Below are positions 28,145 through 39,997 of a stretch of 64,000 nucleotides of DNA, piece by piece. The number at the start of each line of letters is the position of its first letter. Position 1 is the stretch's first letter. The stretch is from Clostridia bacterium (GTDB lineage: Bacteria > Bacillota > Clostridia > JAAYHZ01): positions 480,001-544,000 of the forward strand of contig JBMNIH010000004.1 in NCBI GenBank assembly GCA_050950825.1. Reading direction: 5' to 3'. The position numbers and the translations under genes are program-made. The notes below the pieces were generated by a model. That model had not been told where the DNA came from. It saw only the letters and a list, made by a program, of their open reading frames with translations, and did no database searches.

Positions 28145-28627
28145 TTATACGAATTTTTTTTGGTAATAGAACCAATGAAGGTCATACATATAGGCTTCTC
28201 CAAGCCGTTTGTAGGATAAGGATTCATACAATCCGATGGCTTTGGGATTGGTTTTGCTGACCAAAAGATGAATGCCGTCAAACCCCCGTGTCGAAAGATC
28301 TTTTTCGATATAAAGTAAAAGCCTTTTGGCAAGCCCCTGTCCTTGGTATTCCCGGCGCACTCCTACACGGGACAATGCACAAGGACGATTGAGATTTCCG
28401 TATAGCGTATTCAGTTCGCTGTAATCTTCTTCATAATTGGCGGCGGCAACGGCCGTCAATTTTCCGTCGACATACAATCCGTACAAAGCGTTGTTTAGGA
28501 TGTCTTCCGTTACGTGCTCATCCGCCGGATACTCTTCGCTCCATGTACATCCCGGACTTCCGATCAAGGATCGGTAAATGGATAAAGCGATGTCTTTTTC
28601 TTCGATTGTTACCTTCCTTATTTCCAT
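28145..28627 (-). CDS. GNAT family N-acetyltransferase
   Basis: RVGVRREYQGQGLA, N..AIGLYESL.Y. Confidence 0.88.
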   Translation of the reverse strand: MEIRKVTIEEKDIALSIYRSLIGSPGCTWSEEYPADEHVTEDILNNALYGLYVDGKLTAVAAANYEEDYSELNTLYGNLNRPCALSRVGVRREYQGQGLAKRLLLYIEKDLSTRGFDGIHLLVSKTNPKAIGLYESLSYKRLGEAYMYDLHWFYYQKKFV

Positions 28628-28642
28628 ACACGCTCTCCTTCG

Positions 28643-29062
28643 TTAATGACGACGTCCCGTTTCATGGCACCAAAGGGCAATCTCTTTTATAAGGTCCAAG
28701 GGCAGCGGTTTTGTGTAGGGAAGCCGTATCGCTCCTTTGCTTGTTTTATACTCCGAAAGCCGCTCTTTAAAATGAAGGATCGCCTCGTCTCCGGGATAGA
28801 TGCCGATATGGTTTTTAAAAGCCGCGAAATGAATGATATTTCGTTTTTTCTTGTACGTAGGCATACGCCAAGAAATAATTTCATCTGCATCCGGCAGCAC
28901 TTCCTTAATGGCACTTCGCACTTGGTATAAAAAGGGCCGAATCTCTTCCGGCTGCTCTTGGATGTATTCATCCACGGTCACCGGTCCTTGGCCGCAAAAA
29001 TGATTTTGGTTTTCTTTAAGAAGCTTTCTCCCGCATTTCGGACATGTCCACATATAAACCAC
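28643..29062 (-). CDS. DUF1801/YdhG-like protein with N-terminal CxxC..HxC zinc finger
   Basis: WTCPKCGR...NHFC, then TVDEYI...ISWRMPTY...HFAAFKNHIGIYPG...TSKGAIRLP..KPLP. Confidence 0.8.
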   Translation of the reverse strand: MVYMWTCPKCGRKLLKENQNHFCGQGPVTVDEYIQEQPEEIRPFLYQVRSAIKEVLPDADEIISWRMPTYKKKRNIIHFAAFKNHIGIYPGDEAILHFKERLSEYKTSKGAIRLPYTKPLPLDLIKEIALWCHETGRRH

Positions 29063-29065
29063 CTG

Positions 29066-29350
29066 CTACCTTTCTTTTACGGTTACACGGACGATATCGC
29101 CCGGATTTTTGCCGATTTTGCCGCGTATATCCTTCCTTATACCGATGATATGACAAACGGTGCCGTCGGGGTTTTTCAGCCCCATATTGACGATGCTGCC
29201 GTCGTAAGGCTCTCCGTCAAAGGTCGCATGAACCTTTATGCGACCTTTTCCGAATTCCTTTTTGATGTCATAAGGAAACTCCACATAAGCTCCGTCCATA
29301 TCCGGAACCTTTTTTATAACCGCACCAAATCCATAGATTTTCGGATTCAT
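29066..29350 (-). CDS. DUF1905 domain protein
   Basis: GAYVEFP...[16 protein letters not shown]...GIRKDIR..IGK.PGD.V.V; start ATG 29350 after GGAG. Confidence 0.82.
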   Translation of the reverse strand: MNPKIYGFGAVIKKVPDMDGAYVEFPYDIKKEFGKGRIKVHATFDGEPYDGSIVNMGLKNPDGTVCHIIGIRKDIRGKIGKNPGDIVRVTVKER

Positions 29351-29574
29351 GCCGTTCTCCGTATAACGCATTTCATTCCTTACGTTTCTTTTTAATTCAT
29401 CATACCACAATTTTTCACGGACTTGCACCGTTTCTTTTTACGAAAACGATGGAAAACAAAAGAAATGGAAATATTCTACATCCTATGCGGTTGACTTATT
29501 CCGAATAACGGTTATACAATATATGTAATAAAAAAGAAAAAGAAGCCGTTAATAGTATACGAGGGGGACTTTTT

Positions 29575-32500
29575 GTGAGTATACATAATGAAATATATAA
29601 AGTCGGTATCGATATAGGATCGACTACCGTGAAAATTGTAGTTTTAAATCGTGAAAATAAACTCGTTTATTCTCAATACGAAAGACACTACTCCGATATC
29701 AAAGCCAAGCTTCGCGAGATTATCAAAAATACATGCAAGTTTTTTTGGAATGCATACGGAACGTTCATGATCACGGGTTCCGCAGGAATCGGCATATCGA
29801 AGATGCTGGGCATTTCCTTTACCCAAGAAGTGATCGCTTCCATGAAAGCCGTCAAAGCTTTTCATCCGAATACGGACGTAGCCATCGAGCTAGGGGGAGA
29901 AGACGCCAAAATCTCCTATTTCACCAACGGAACGGAACAAAGAATGAACGGAACCTGTGCCGGAGGGACCGGTTCCTTTATCGACCAAATGGCTACCCTT
30001 CTGAAAACGGATGCAAAAGGGTTAAACGAGCTTGCCAAAAGCGCAAAAGTCATCTATCCTATTGCCGCTCGCTGCGGCGTATTTGCCAAAACCGACGTGC
30101 AGCCTCTTTTGAATGAAGGAGTACCGAAAGAAGATATCGCCGCATCCGTGCTGCAGGCGGTCGTCATTCAAACCGTAAGCGGTCTGGCATGCGGCCGTCC
30201 CATTAGAGGAAACGTGGCTTTTTTGGGAGGACCTCTTGATTTTCTTCCGGAGCTTCGAAAAAGGTTTATTGAAACCTTGAACTTAAGGGACGATCAAGTC
30301 ATTATCCCCGAAAACTCTCGCCTTTTCATTGCCAAAGGAGCCGCCTTGGCGTCGGAGGGAGTAGAACCCATATCCTTTAATACCCTACTTGCCCGTTTGA
30401 ATGAACCGAAAAAGGTAAAAGAAGAAACCGCAAGGCTGGAGCCTCTATTCGTATCGGAGGAAGATTATGAAAAATTCAAGGAAAGGCATTCGAGAAGCAA
30501 AGTAGCAAGGAAGGATATTTCCTGCGCTTACGGAGACTGCTTTTTGGGTATTGACGCAGGATCCACCACCACGAAGCTGGCCTTGACCGATATAGATGGA
30601 AATCTTCTTTATACTTGGTACGGAAGCAACGAAGGAAGTCCTCTTATGTCTACCGTGAACGCTTTGAAGGATCTGTACAAAGCCTTGCCTTCCGGAGCCA
30701 AGATTGCAAATTCGGTTGTGACCGGATACGGGGAAGGATTGATTAAAGCCGCATTGAAAGCGGATATCGGTGAAATTGAAACCATCGCTCATGCCAAAGC
30801 GGCGGAATTCTTTTGTCCCGGAGTCGATTTCATATTGGATATCGGCGGTCAGGATATGAAGTGCATGAAATTAAAAAACGGTGTTATAGACAGCATTATG
30901 CTCAACGAGGCATGCTCTTCCGGCTGCGGGTCCTTTATCGATACTTTCGCTTCTTCCTTAGGCTTAAGTATAGAGGAATTTTCGAAGGAAGCCTTGTTTG
31001 CAAAAAGACCGGTGGACTTAGGTTCAAGATGCACGGTTTTTATGAATTCCAGGGTCAAGCAAGCCCAAAAGGAGGGAGCGACCGTCGGTGAGATTTCCGC
31101 AGGTTTATCCTATTCCGTAATCAAAAACGCTCTGTTTAAAGTTATAAAAGTGAAGGATCCGAAGGAATTAGGAGAAAAAATCGTGGTTCAAGGAGGAACC
31201 TTTTACAACGATGCGGTTTTACGAAGCTTTGAAATTTTATCCGGTCGAGAAGTGATACGACCGGAGATTTCCGGGATTATGGGCGCTTTCGGAGCGGCGC
31301 TGATTGCCGCGGAAAGATACGTACCGGGATACCAAACGAAGCTGCTTACGGCCGAAGAGCTGGGAAATTATACGTTCGAAAGCCGTGCCGAAAGATGCAA
31401 GGGCTGCGGAAACCGCTGTCTGCTTACCGTCAATCGCTTTTCCGACGGAACGAGATTCGTATCCGGAAACCGCTGTGAAAAAGGATCGGGAAGAACCGAG
31501 AAGAGTCCGGAGCTGCCGAATTTGTACAAGCTCAAATACCAAAGGCTGTTCCGCTATACCCCTTTGAAGGAATCGGAAGCCAAAAGAGGTACGGTAGGAA
31601 TTCCGCGCGTGCTGAACATGTATGAGGATTATCCCTTTTGGTTTACCTTGTTTACGGAATTAGGTTTTAGCGTAAAGCTTTCCGGTACGTCCTCCGATGC
31701 TCTGTATGAAAAGGGTATTGAAACGATGCCTTCGGAATCGGTATGTTATCCGGCCAAATTGGTTCACGGTCACATACAGGATCTGGTAGACAAAGGCGTC
31801 AAGCTCATATTCTACCCGTCCCTTGCCCATGAAAATTTGAAAACGGAGTACTCGGACAATACGTATAACTGCCCTATTGTGACTTCTTATCCGGAGGTCA
31901 TTAAGAACAACGTGGATGCTCTCCGAAAACAAGGCATTATGTTTTTAAATCCTTTTCTTCCTCTTGACGATGAAAAAAGGATGATAAAAAGAATTTTTGA
32001 CGAGTTGCAAATGTTTGACGTGGATAAAAAAGAAGTAAAAGACGCCGTAGAAAAGGCTTACCGTGAGCTTGATGCTTTTCGAAGGGATATGCAACGGGAA
32101 GGAGAAAACGCGCTGCGTATAATACGACAGAAGGGTATGAAGGGGATTGTTTTGGCGGGAAGACCCTATCATACGGATCCGCAAATTAATCACGGCATTC
32201 CGGAGATGATCAATTCTCTCGGTATGGCGGTCTTGACGGAAGACTCCGTATCTCATTTGGGGCGACTCGAAGCTCCCTTACGAGTAGTGAACCAATGGGC
32301 ATATCATGCTCGATTGTATATGGCCGCAAAATACGTAGCGACACAAAAGGATTTGGAACTGGTTCAGTTAAACTCTTTCGGATGCGGCCTCGATGCCGTT
32401 ACAACGGATCAAGTCCAAGAAATTTTAAACGGGCATTCGAAGATTTATACCTTATTAAAAATCGACGAAGGAAACAATTTAGGTGCCGCCCGCATAAGAC

Positions 32501-33855
32501 TTCGCTCCTTGAAAGCCATCATGGAAGAAAGGGAGAGAAACCGATACGTTAACAAGAAGGAAACCGAGCCCTTTAAAAAAATTCCTTTTACAAAGGAAAT
32601 GAAAAAGACACATACCATTATTGCGCCGGAGCTATCCCCGATCCACTTTAGGTTTGTGGAAGAGGCCTTCCGGCTATCCGGATACCAAACGGCGGTTCTT
32701 CCCATACAAAATACTCGGGCCGTGGATATCGGTTTGAAATACGTTAACAACGACGCATGCTATCCTTCCATTATCGTGACGGGACAAATTATTGAAGCGC
32801 TACAATCGGGAAAGTACGACCCGGACAATACCTCCGTTATTATCACCCAAACGGGAGGAGGCTGTCGGGCCACCAACTATATTGCATTTATACGTAAAGC
32901 TTTACGCGATGCCGGTTTTAAAAATGTTCCCGTTATTTCCTTAAATGCAGGCGGTTTGGAGAAGAATCCGGGCTTTAAGATTACACCGAATTTGATCCAT
33001 CGGAGTCTGTACGGCCTTTTATACGGAGATTTGCTCATGAGCGTTTTGTACCGAACGAGGCCTTATGAAAAAATAAAGGGGTCGGCTAATGAATTGTATC
33101 GAAAGTGGTCGGATCGGTGCATCGATTCTCTTAAGAACGCTCGGAAAGAGGTTTTTGAGGAGAATATACGGGGAATTGTGAACGAGTTTGATTCCTTGGA
33201 GATAACCGATGAAATCAAGCCGAAGGTGGGGCTGGTAGGAGAAATATTGGTCAAGTATCATCCCCTTGCCAACAACAACGTGGTCAATGTAGTTGAGGAA
33301 GAAGGGGGAGAAGCGGTTACACCGAGCTTGACAGACTTCTTACTGTACTGTGCTTACAATAAAAATTTTCAGTATACATACGGCTCGGGAAGCAAGCTTG
33401 CTCAAATACTGGGAAATGCAGCTATCAAAATCGTTGAGCTTTACCGTCGAACCTATAAACAGGCGTTAGCCGGAAGCAAACGCTTTTATCCTCAAAAAAC
33501 CATACAGGAAATTGCCCAAGGCGCGTCAAAAATCATGTCCTTGGGAAATCAAACCGGGGAAGGATGGCTTTTAACGGGTGAGATGGTCAAGTTGATTGAA
33601 AGCGGTATTAAAAACATTATATGCATGCAGCCTTTTGCATGCTTACCCAATCATGTAGTCGGAAAGGGTATGATAAAAGAATTAAAACGATTGTATCCCG
33701 ATTCGAATATTGTAGCCGTGGACTATGATCCCGGAGCAAGCGAGGTCAACCAATTGAACCGCATCAAATTGATGATCTCTACGGCCTTTGAAAACATACG
33801 AGGAAAAGTTGAAACAACAACGTCCTTGAAGCAAGCGAATGCCGGAACAGGGTAA
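29575..33855 (+). CDS. CoA-substrate-specific enzyme activase / 2-hydroxyacyl-CoA dehydratase-related fusion (2x BcrAD/BadFG ATPase + DUF2229-like)
   Basis: Two ASKHA modules ([52 protein letters not shown]), [21 protein letters not shown]. Confidence 0.88.
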   Translation: MSIHNEIYKVGIDIGSTTVKIVVLNRENKLVYSQYERHYSDIKAKLREIIKNTCKFFWNAYGTFMITGSAGIGISKMLGISFTQEVIASMKAVKAFHPNTDVAIELGGEDAKISYFTNGTEQRMNGTCAGGTGSFIDQMATLLKTDAKGLNELAKSAKVIYPIAARCGVFAKTDVQPLLNEGVPKEDIAASVLQAVVIQTVSGLACGRPIRGNVAFLGGPLDFLPELRKRFIETLNLRDDQVIIPENSRLFIAKGAALASEGVEPISFNTLLARLNEPKKVKEETARLEPLFVSEEDYEKFKERHSRSKVARKDISCAYGDCFLGIDAGSTTTKLALTDIDGNLLYTWYGSNEGSPLMSTVNALKDLYKALPSGAKIANSVVTGYGEGLIKAALKADIGEIETIAHAKAAEFFCPGVDFILDIGGQDMKCMKLKNGVIDSIMLNEACSSGCGSFIDTFASSLGLSIEEFSKEALFAKRPVDLGSRCTVFMNSRVKQAQKEGATVGEISAGLSYSVIKNALFKVIKVKDPKELGEKIVVQGGTFYNDAVLRSFEILSGREVIRPEISGIMGAFGAALIAAERYVPGYQTKLLTAEELGNYTFESRAERCKGCGNRCLLTVNRFSDGTRFVSGNRCEKGSGRTEKSPELPNLYKLKYQRLFRYTPLKESEAKRGTVGIPRVLNMYEDYPFWFTLFTELGFSVKLSGTSSDALYEKGIETMPSESVCYPAKLVHGHIQDLVDKGVKLIFYPSLAHENLKTEYSDNTYNCPIVTSYPEVIKNNVDALRKQGIMFLNPFLPLDDEKRMIKRIFDELQMFDVDKKEVKDAVEKAYRELDAFRRDMQREGENALRIIRQKGMKGIVLAGRPYHTDPQINHGIPEMINSLGMAVLTEDSVSHLGRLEAPLRVVNQWAYHARLYMAAKYVATQKDLELVQLNSFGCGLDAVTTDQVQEILNGHSKIYTLLKIDEGNNLGAARIRLRSLKAIMEERERNRYVNKKETEPFKKIPFTKEMKKTHTIIAPELSPIHFRFVEEAFRLSGYQTAVLPIQNTRAVDIGLKYVNNDACYPSIIVTGQIIEALQSGKYDPDNTSVIITQTGGGCRATNYIAFIRKALRDAGFKNVPVISLNAGGLEKNPGFKITPNLIHRSLYGLLYGDLLMSVLYRTRPYEKIKGSANELYRKWSDRCIDSLKNARKEVFEENIRGIVNEFDSLEITDEIKPKVGLVGEILVKYHPLANNNVVNVVEEEGGEAVTPSLTDFLLYCAYNKNFQYTYGSGSKLAQILGNAAIKIVELYRRTYKQALAGSKRFYPQKTIQEIAQGASKIMSLGNQTGEGWLLTGEMVKLIESGIKNIICMQPFACLPNHVVGKGMIKELKRLYPDSNIVAVDYDPGASEVNQLNRIKLMISTAFENIRGKVETTTSLKQANAGTG

Positions 33856-33884
33856 AGAACGAAATCCTTATATTCAAAAAAACA

Positions 33885-33911
33885 AAAACCACTTCGTTTG
33901 AAGTGGTTTTT
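33885..33911. terminator. Bidirectional terminator
   Basis: aaaaccacttc-gttt-gaagtggttttt. Confidence 0.75.
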
Positions 33912-33918
33912 ATGCGGG

Positions 33919-33994
33919 TGGCAGGGGAGAAGGGACTCGAACCCCCAGCCCACGGTTTTGGAGACCGCTACTCTGCCAATTGAGCTACTCCCCT
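33919..33994 (-). tRNA. tRNA-Trp (CCA)
   Basis: Reverse complement AGGGGAGTAGCTCAATTGGCAGAGTAGCGGTCTCCAAAACCGTGGGCTGGGGGTTCGAGTCCCTTCTCCCCTGCCA; anticodon CCA. Confidence 0.96.
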
Positions 33995-34252
33995 TCGGCT
34001 GTGCCGTTGTTGATTATACAATACAAAAGAAGATTATGTCAAGCGATTTTTTGCAAGTTTGCGAGGGGACTTTTGTGACTTTTGTGATTAACGACATTTT
34101 TCCTGATGCGTTTTATTATTGACATAAGATAACAAAGAAGGGATATATATTTTTGGGCGAAAAAACAGAAAATAAGGTACGAAGTTTTATGATATGATAT
34201 AATCAAAGCTCGTTAAGAAGCAAAAACGAATATACATATACTTGATGACGAG

Positions 34253-35005
34253 GTGGTTAAGATGGATAATAGTAAACCGAACGACAGCTTAAGGAATGTA
34301 AAAATTACACGCAACTATATTCCCTATGCGGAAGGGTCCGTTTTAATAGAAATGGGGAATACAAAAGTCATATGCACCGCTACCGTGGAGGATCGAATTC
34401 CGCCTTTTAAAAAAGATACCGGAGAAGGCTGGGTTACAGCGGAATACAGCATGATTCCGAGAGCCACACAGACAAGAAAGCCCCGAGATATATCCAAATT
34501 AAAGCTGGACGGTAGAAGCGGAGAGATTCAAAGACTCATTGGAAGAGCTTTACGATCGGTTGTAGACGTAACGAAGTTGGGAGAACGATTAATCACCATC
34601 GATTGTGATGTCATCCAAGCGGACGGAGGAACAAGAACGGCTTCCATAACCGGAGGCTTTATCGCTATGTTTGACGCATGCAAGCTCTTAAAAGACCAAG
34701 GGCTCATTGAGGAGATCCCCGTAAAGGATTTTTTGGCTGCCGTAAGCGTAGGAATCGTAGCCGGGGAGCCGGTGCTGGATTTGTGTTTTGAACTGGACTC
34801 CAATGCGGACGTGGATTTAAACGTTGTGATGACCGGGTCCGGTAAGCTGGTGGAAGTTCAAGGAACGGCGGAAAAAGTTCCTTTCGATCGTCAACAGTTG
34901 AACGAGCTGTTGGATTTAGCCGAAAAAGGAATTCGAGAGCTTTTGGACATTCAAAAAGAATGCCTGGGCGAAGATGCAACATTGGTTGGTGCGGTATCCG
35001 TCTGA
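34253..35005 (+). CDS. rph: Ribonuclease PH
   Basis: [43 protein letters not shown]. Confidence 0.96.
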   Translation: MVKMDNSKPNDSLRNVKITRNYIPYAEGSVLIEMGNTKVICTATVEDRIPPFKKDTGEGWVTAEYSMIPRATQTRKPRDISKLKLDGRSGEIQRLIGRALRSVVDVTKLGERLITIDCDVIQADGGTRTASITGGFIAMFDACKLLKDQGLIEEIPVKDFLAAVSVGIVAGEPVLDLCFELDSNADVDLNVVMTGSGKLVEVQGTAEKVPFDRQQLNELLDLAEKGIRELLDIQKECLGEDATLVGAVSV

Positions 35006-35607
35006 TGAAAAAAGTAATTGTTGCTACGAAGAACAAAGGTAAGCTGAGAGAGATCAAAAGGATTTTAGAAGATTTTGAATTTGACGTTATTTCCATGGAA
35101 GAAGCCGGTATCGAGGATACGATCGAGGAAACCGGACACACTTTTGATGAGAATGCCTTCATTAAAGCCATGCATATACACAAAAAGACCGGAAAAACGG
35201 TTATTGCCGACGACTCCGGTTTGGAGGTGGAGGCGTTAAGCGGCGCACCCGGCATATATTCCGCCCGTTATGCCGGAGAAGATGCCAATGACAAGAAAAA
35301 CAATCAAAAGCTATTGGAAGAACTAAAGGATATTCCGAAAGAAAAAAGAGACGCTCGATTCGTATGCGCCATCGCCGTCGTGATGGAAGACGGACAGTCC
35401 TTTATTGTACGGGGTACGGTTGAAGGATTTATCGGATTTGAACCGAAAGGAGAAAACGGCTTCGGTTATGACCCGTTGTTTGTTTTGCCGCAATACGAAA
35501 AAACGATGGCCCAGTTGACTTCGGAGGAGAAAAACAAAATCAGCCACCGCGGAAAAGCGTTATTGAAAATGGTAGATGAGCTGAAAAAACGTGTATCCGC
35601 CGTATAA
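35005..35607 (+). CDS. rdgB: XTP/dITP diphosphatase (Ham1 family)
   Basis: ATKNKGK, ADDSGL, PGIYSARY, GFGYDP, KISHRG; TGATG overlap with rph. Confidence 0.95.
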   Translation: MKKVIVATKNKGKLREIKRILEDFEFDVISMEEAGIEDTIEETGHTFDENAFIKAMHIHKKTGKTVIADDSGLEVEALSGAPGIYSARYAGEDANDKKNNQKLLEELKDIPKEKRDARFVCAIAVVMEDGQSFIVRGTVEGFIGFEPKGENGFGYDPLFVLPQYEKTMAQLTSEEKNKISHRGKALLKMVDELKKRVSAV

Positions 35608-35692
35608 GAAGAACGGAAAGATAAAAATCTTTTTGTTGACATTGATTTATGAAGTTTAGTATAATATCCATTGCCGGTTTGCGAGGTGTAAC

Positions 35693-36205
35693 ATGAAATT
35701 TGACATAACCGATATTAAAAAAGAATCGGGAGCCGTTATGGAAATTCGATACCAAGGCCCCCTTGTTCAAGATGATTTGTATGACATGATCTCCGTGAAG
35801 GACGATGTCTTGATAGAAGGTACCTTGACCAATCAAGGAGAGGAAATATTCCTTTCCGGAGTGTTGAAATTAACATACACAGGACAATGCGCCAGATGTT
35901 TAAAACCGGTAACAAGAACCATGACCTTACAGTTAAATGAAAGATTTTCTTCTCGAGATACCGATGATGACGATGTGTATCCCTATGAAGGAAATTTTGT
36001 GGATTTGACAAAGACCGTAAATGATAATATAATTGTCGCGTTGCCTGTAAGATTGTTGTGTTCCGAGCAGTGCAAGGGTCTTTGCCCGGTATGCGGGAAA
36101 AACCTCAACCAAGGTTCTTGCCAATGCAGACCGGAACAAGAAGATAAGAAACAAGAAAAAACCGAGAACCCCTTCGGTATATTAAAAGATTACTTTAGCC
36201 ATTAA
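35693..36205 (+). CDS. yceD: YceD/DUF177 23S rRNA accumulation protein
   Basis: CARCL, LCSEQCKGLCPVCG.NLN...C.C; precedes rpmF. Confidence 0.9.
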   Translation: MKFDITDIKKESGAVMEIRYQGPLVQDDLYDMISVKDDVLIEGTLTNQGEEIFLSGVLKLTYTGQCARCLKPVTRTMTLQLNERFSSRDTDDDDVYPYEGNFVDLTKTVNDNIIVALPVRLLCSEQCKGLCPVCGKNLNQGSCQCRPEQEDKKQEKTENPFGILKDYFSH

Positions 36206-36292
36206 TTTGTAATGATAGGGTTACAAGTTGAAATATGACTTTTTTAATGTGAAAGGAGTTGAATGACCGTTATTCAAGGAACGGTGTAACAT

Positions 36293-36478
36293 ATGGCATT
36301 ACCAAAAAGAAAGGTCTCCAAACAAAGAAGGAATAAAAGAAGAACGCATTGGAAGCTTACTGCACCGAACTTGGTGGAATGCCCGCAATGCCACGAGTTG
36401 AAGCTGTCCCACAAGGTATGTAGCAACTGCGGATTCTACAAAGGAAAGCAAGTTATTGCGGTAGAGGGGCAAGAATAA
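36293..36478 (+). CDS. rpmF: 50S ribosomal protein L32 (Zn-binding form)
   Basis: [17 protein letters not shown]...CPQC...[10 protein letters not shown]. Confidence 0.97.
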   Translation: MALPKRKVSKQRRNKRRTHWKLTAPNLVECPQCHELKLSHKVCSNCGFYKGKQVIAVEGQE

Positions 36479-36544
36479 GGATTAGAACATAAGGGCGGCA
36501 GCAGTAACTGCTGCTTTTTTCTTTATGGTCGAAAAAGTCGGAAT

Positions 36545-37879
36545 ATGGTCAAAAAACGCGGATTGATTTGTAAAGTTGAAGAAGGCTCCATTGCAGAACA
36601 AGCGGGAATCGAAAAAGGCGATGTTTTACTGTCCGTTAACGGACAAGACATCACGGATATTTTTGATTACCGTTTTTTCACTGCCGATGAAAACATATTG
36701 GTGGCCATCCGAAAACCCAATGGAGAAACATGGGAAATCGATATTGAAAAAGACCCTTACGAAGATTTAGGTATCGAATTCGATCCGCCCCTCATCGACC
36801 AAGAAAAATCCTGCAGAAACAAGTGTATTTTTTGCTTTATCGACCAACTGCCTCCCGCCATGCGGGATACGCTGTATTTTAAAGACGATGACGCCCGACT
36901 ATCCTTTTTAACCGGAAACTATGTGACGCTGACCAATTGCAATAATGATGATCTTGAGCGCATTATTAAGTACAAGCTTTCTCCCGTAAATATATCGGTT
37001 CACGCTACCGATCCCGAAGTAAGGCGAAAAATGATGAACAATCGCTTCGCCGGCAAAATTATGGAACAAATAGCCTTGTTGACGAAGAATAACATCACGG
37101 TAAATTGCCAATTGGTCGTATGTAAAGGCATTAATGACGGAAAAATATTAGAGAAGTCGATTCAAGACCTGGCGGAATATTACCCCGACGTAAACAGCAT
37201 TTCCGTTGTACCGGTCGGATTGACGGCGCATCGGGAAAAATTGTTCCCTTTAGAACCTTTTAAAAAAGAAGAAGCGTTGGAAATCATTCATACCGTGGAA
37301 AAGTTTCAGGAGCGATATTTAAAAGAAAAAGGTTCAAGAATCGTTTTTATCGCCGACGAGTTTTATGTTTTGGCGGAGAAAGATTATCCCGATTACGATG
37401 CATACGAATCCTTTCCGCAATTGGAAAACGGGGTAGGTCTTTTGGCATCCTTTGAAAAAGAATTCAACGATGCTTTCGAGGAAACGCAACCGCTGAAAAA
37501 AGCCCTATACGGCGGAAAACGGGAAACGATTTCGATTGCAACGGGAAAAGCCGCCGAAAACTATATACGAAGGCTTTGCCAAAAAGTAACCGCCGTATAC
37601 CCCGTCAATATCCAAGTGTTTGGTATTGAGAACCGATTTTTCGGAACCTCCGTTACCGTTGCCGGCTTGTTGACCGGCCAAGACATAGCGGCACAGCTTA
37701 TAGGCAAGGATTTGGGAAGCCGCTTGCTATTGCCGGAAACCGTGTTTCGTGCGGGGGAGAGAACCTTTTTGGACGATATGACTTTAGAAGACTTGGAAAA
37801 AGCTTTAAAGGTAAAGGTCGTGGCAGTGAGGAATAACGGGGAAGAATTTTTGAAAAACCTTTTAGGAGTTGAGATATGA
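36545..37879 (+). CDS. PDZ + radical-SAM-like DUF512 protein
   Basis: N-terminal PDZ, CRNKCIFCFIDQLP, KDDDARLSF, QLENGVG, VTVAGLLTG; conserved position before der. Confidence 0.88.
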   Translation: MVKKRGLICKVEEGSIAEQAGIEKGDVLLSVNGQDITDIFDYRFFTADENILVAIRKPNGETWEIDIEKDPYEDLGIEFDPPLIDQEKSCRNKCIFCFIDQLPPAMRDTLYFKDDDARLSFLTGNYVTLTNCNNDDLERIIKYKLSPVNISVHATDPEVRRKMMNNRFAGKIMEQIALLTKNNITVNCQLVVCKGINDGKILEKSIQDLAEYYPDVNSISVVPVGLTAHREKLFPLEPFKKEEALEIIHTVEKFQERYLKEKGSRIVFIADEFYVLAEKDYPDYDAYESFPQLENGVGLLASFEKEFNDAFEETQPLKKALYGGKRETISIATGKAAENYIRRLCQKVTAVYPVNIQVFGIENRFFGTSVTVAGLLTGQDIAAQLIGKDLGSRLLLPETVFRAGERTFLDDMTLEDLEKALKVKVVAVRNNGEEFLKNLLGVEI

Positions 37880-39201
37880 CAAAGCCCATTGTAGCAATCG
37901 TAGGCAGACCGAATGTTGGAAAATCAACATTATTTAACTACTTGGCGGGAAAGAGAATATCCATTGTGGAAGATACACCCGGCATTACCCGTGACCGCGT
38001 GTATGCAAACAGCGAATGGTTAGGGAAAGAGTTTGTCCTAATCGATACCGGAGGTATCGAGCCGGAACCGAGCGACGACATTACGGCTGCGATTAAAACC
38101 CAAGCGGAGATTGCCATAGAGTCCGCCGATGTCATCCTGTTTTTAACCGATGCCAAAAGCGGTTTGTTGGAAGCCGACAAGGAAATTGCCCAAATGCTGC
38201 GTATGTCTAAAAAGCCGGTTGTTACGGTGGTCAATAAAGTGGATACGCCCGGAAGCCCCCCTTTACACGTTTATGACTTTTACGAACTGGGGTTGGGAGA
38301 GGTGTATACCATTTCGTCCATCCACGGAATGGGCATCGGCGATGTTTTAGATGAGGTCATCTCCTACTTCCCGGATGAAACCCATGAAGGCGAAGAAACC
38401 GACGCCATCAAAGTGGCGGTAATCGGAAAGCCCAATTCCGGAAAATCGTCTTTGATTAATAAAATTCTCGGCTACGAACGGGTGCTGGTCTCCGATGTTC
38501 CCGGTACGACGAGGGATGCCATTGACTCGGAAGTAGAGTTCAACGGCAAGAAGTATATTTTTATCGACACCGCCGGTATACGAAGAAAGAGCAAGATCAG
38601 CGACAATATCGAAAGGTACTCGGTACTTCGGTCTTTTCGCGCCATTGAGCGTGCCGATGTTTGCATCCTGATGGTGGACGGTTCCGAAGGAATTACGGAC
38701 CAAGACGCAAAAATTGCGGGATACGCCCATGATGAAGGAAAATCCATTATTGTTGCCATCAATAAATGGGATATGGTAGAAAAAGACACCAAAACCGTGA
38801 ATGAGTTTTACGAAAATACCTTCCGGGTGCTGTCCTTTATGACCTATGCTCCCATGGTAACCATATCCGCGCTTACGGGGCTTCGAGTCAACCGGTTGTT
38901 TCCTTTAATCGACGAAATTTATGAACAAGCATCTTTAGAGGTTCCCACCGGTATGTTGAACGACATCTTGTCCGAAGCCGTAGCGATGGTACAGCCGCCT
39001 TCGCATAAAGGGAAGCGTTTAAAAATATACTATATTACCCAAGTAGGGGTAAGACCTCCGAAGTTCGTTTTGTTTGTGAACGATCTTCAATTAATGCATT
39101 ATTCCTATGAACGATATATTGCCAATAAGCTGAGAGAGGCTTTTGAATTCAAAGGAACTTCCATAAAATTTATTATCCGAGAAAGAAACGAAAAAGTGTG
39201 A
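37876..39201 (+). CDS. der: Ribosome biogenesis GTPase Der/EngA
   Basis: Two G domains (GRPNVGKST, GKPNSGKSS; DTGG, DTAG) plus KH-like C-terminus. Confidence 0.97.
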   Translation: MTKPIVAIVGRPNVGKSTLFNYLAGKRISIVEDTPGITRDRVYANSEWLGKEFVLIDTGGIEPEPSDDITAAIKTQAEIAIESADVILFLTDAKSGLLEADKEIAQMLRMSKKPVVTVVNKVDTPGSPPLHVYDFYELGLGEVYTISSIHGMGIGDVLDEVISYFPDETHEGEETDAIKVAVIGKPNSGKSSLINKILGYERVLVSDVPGTTRDAIDSEVEFNGKKYIFIDTAGIRRKSKISDNIERYSVLRSFRAIERADVCILMVDGSEGITDQDAKIAGYAHDEGKSIIVAINKWDMVEKDTKTVNEFYENTFRVLSFMTYAPMVTISALTGLRVNRLFPLIDEIYEQASLEVPTGMLNDILSEAVAMVQPPSHKGKRLKIYYITQVGVRPPKFVLFVNDLQLMHYSYERYIANKLREAFEFKGTSIKFIIRERNEKV

Positions 39202-39217
39202 TTGAGGGGGGTCGGAT

Positions 39218-39817
39218 ATGGTCATTCCATATATCATCGCCGCATTGGTCGGATACTTGTTAGGCGGCATCAACAGCGCAATTATTGTGGGAAAGCTTTC
39301 CGGAGTGGATGTACGCGAGCACGGAAGTAAAAATGCAGGATTGACTAATGCCGTTCGCGTTTTGGGAAAGAAAAAAGCGCTGTTCGTATTGTTAGGGGAT
39401 GTTCTCAAGGGCGTGCTGGCATGTGTTTTCGGTATTGTATTGGCACCCGATACGCCTTCGGTCATGCTTTTGGCAGGCCTTATGTGCGTTATCGGGCACA
39501 ACTGGCCTGTATACTTTGGTTTTAAGGGAGGAAAAGGTGCCTTAACCTCCGTCACCGTATTGTTTTTTGCCGATTATCGAATCGCGTTGATTTTAATCGG
39601 TGTGTTTATTCTCCTTGTCGCTTTGACCCGGTACGTGTCTTTAGGATCCATGACCGGTGCCGTTTTGTTGCCCGTATTCGGTATTGTATTCCGTAAGGGA
39701 TTGGATTTTTTCATCTTCTCCATGATTCTTGCCGTCATGCTGGTTTGGCGACATCGAGGTAACATACAAAGGCTAATCAAAGGGGAAGAATCCAAGCTGG
39801 ACTTAAAAAAGAAATAG
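39218..39817 (+). CDS. plsY: Glycerol-3-phosphate acyltransferase PlsY
   Basis: GSKNAGLTN, D.LKG, GHNWP, FKGGKG, H..NI.RL..G.E. Confidence 0.95.
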   Translation: MVIPYIIAALVGYLLGGINSAIIVGKLSGVDVREHGSKNAGLTNAVRVLGKKKALFVLLGDVLKGVLACVFGIVLAPDTPSVMLLAGLMCVIGHNWPVYFGFKGGKGALTSVTVLFFADYRIALILIGVFILLVALTRYVSLGSMTGAVLLPVFGIVFRKGLDFFIFSMILAVMLVWRHRGNIQRLIKGEESKLDLKKK

Positions 39818-39997
39818 CAATAAGGTTTTCACTCCCTCTTGGTAATCGAATCTCGTCCTTACAGATCTTCGGTTATGAAGATCCTTTTTCATCCGTATAT
39901 ATTTTAAAAGGAATATTAAATATTTACAAAAATAGCCGAACATGCTATCATAGTAATGGTGTATATTGTAAAAAAAGTAGGGTTGTCAAGGTGATTT

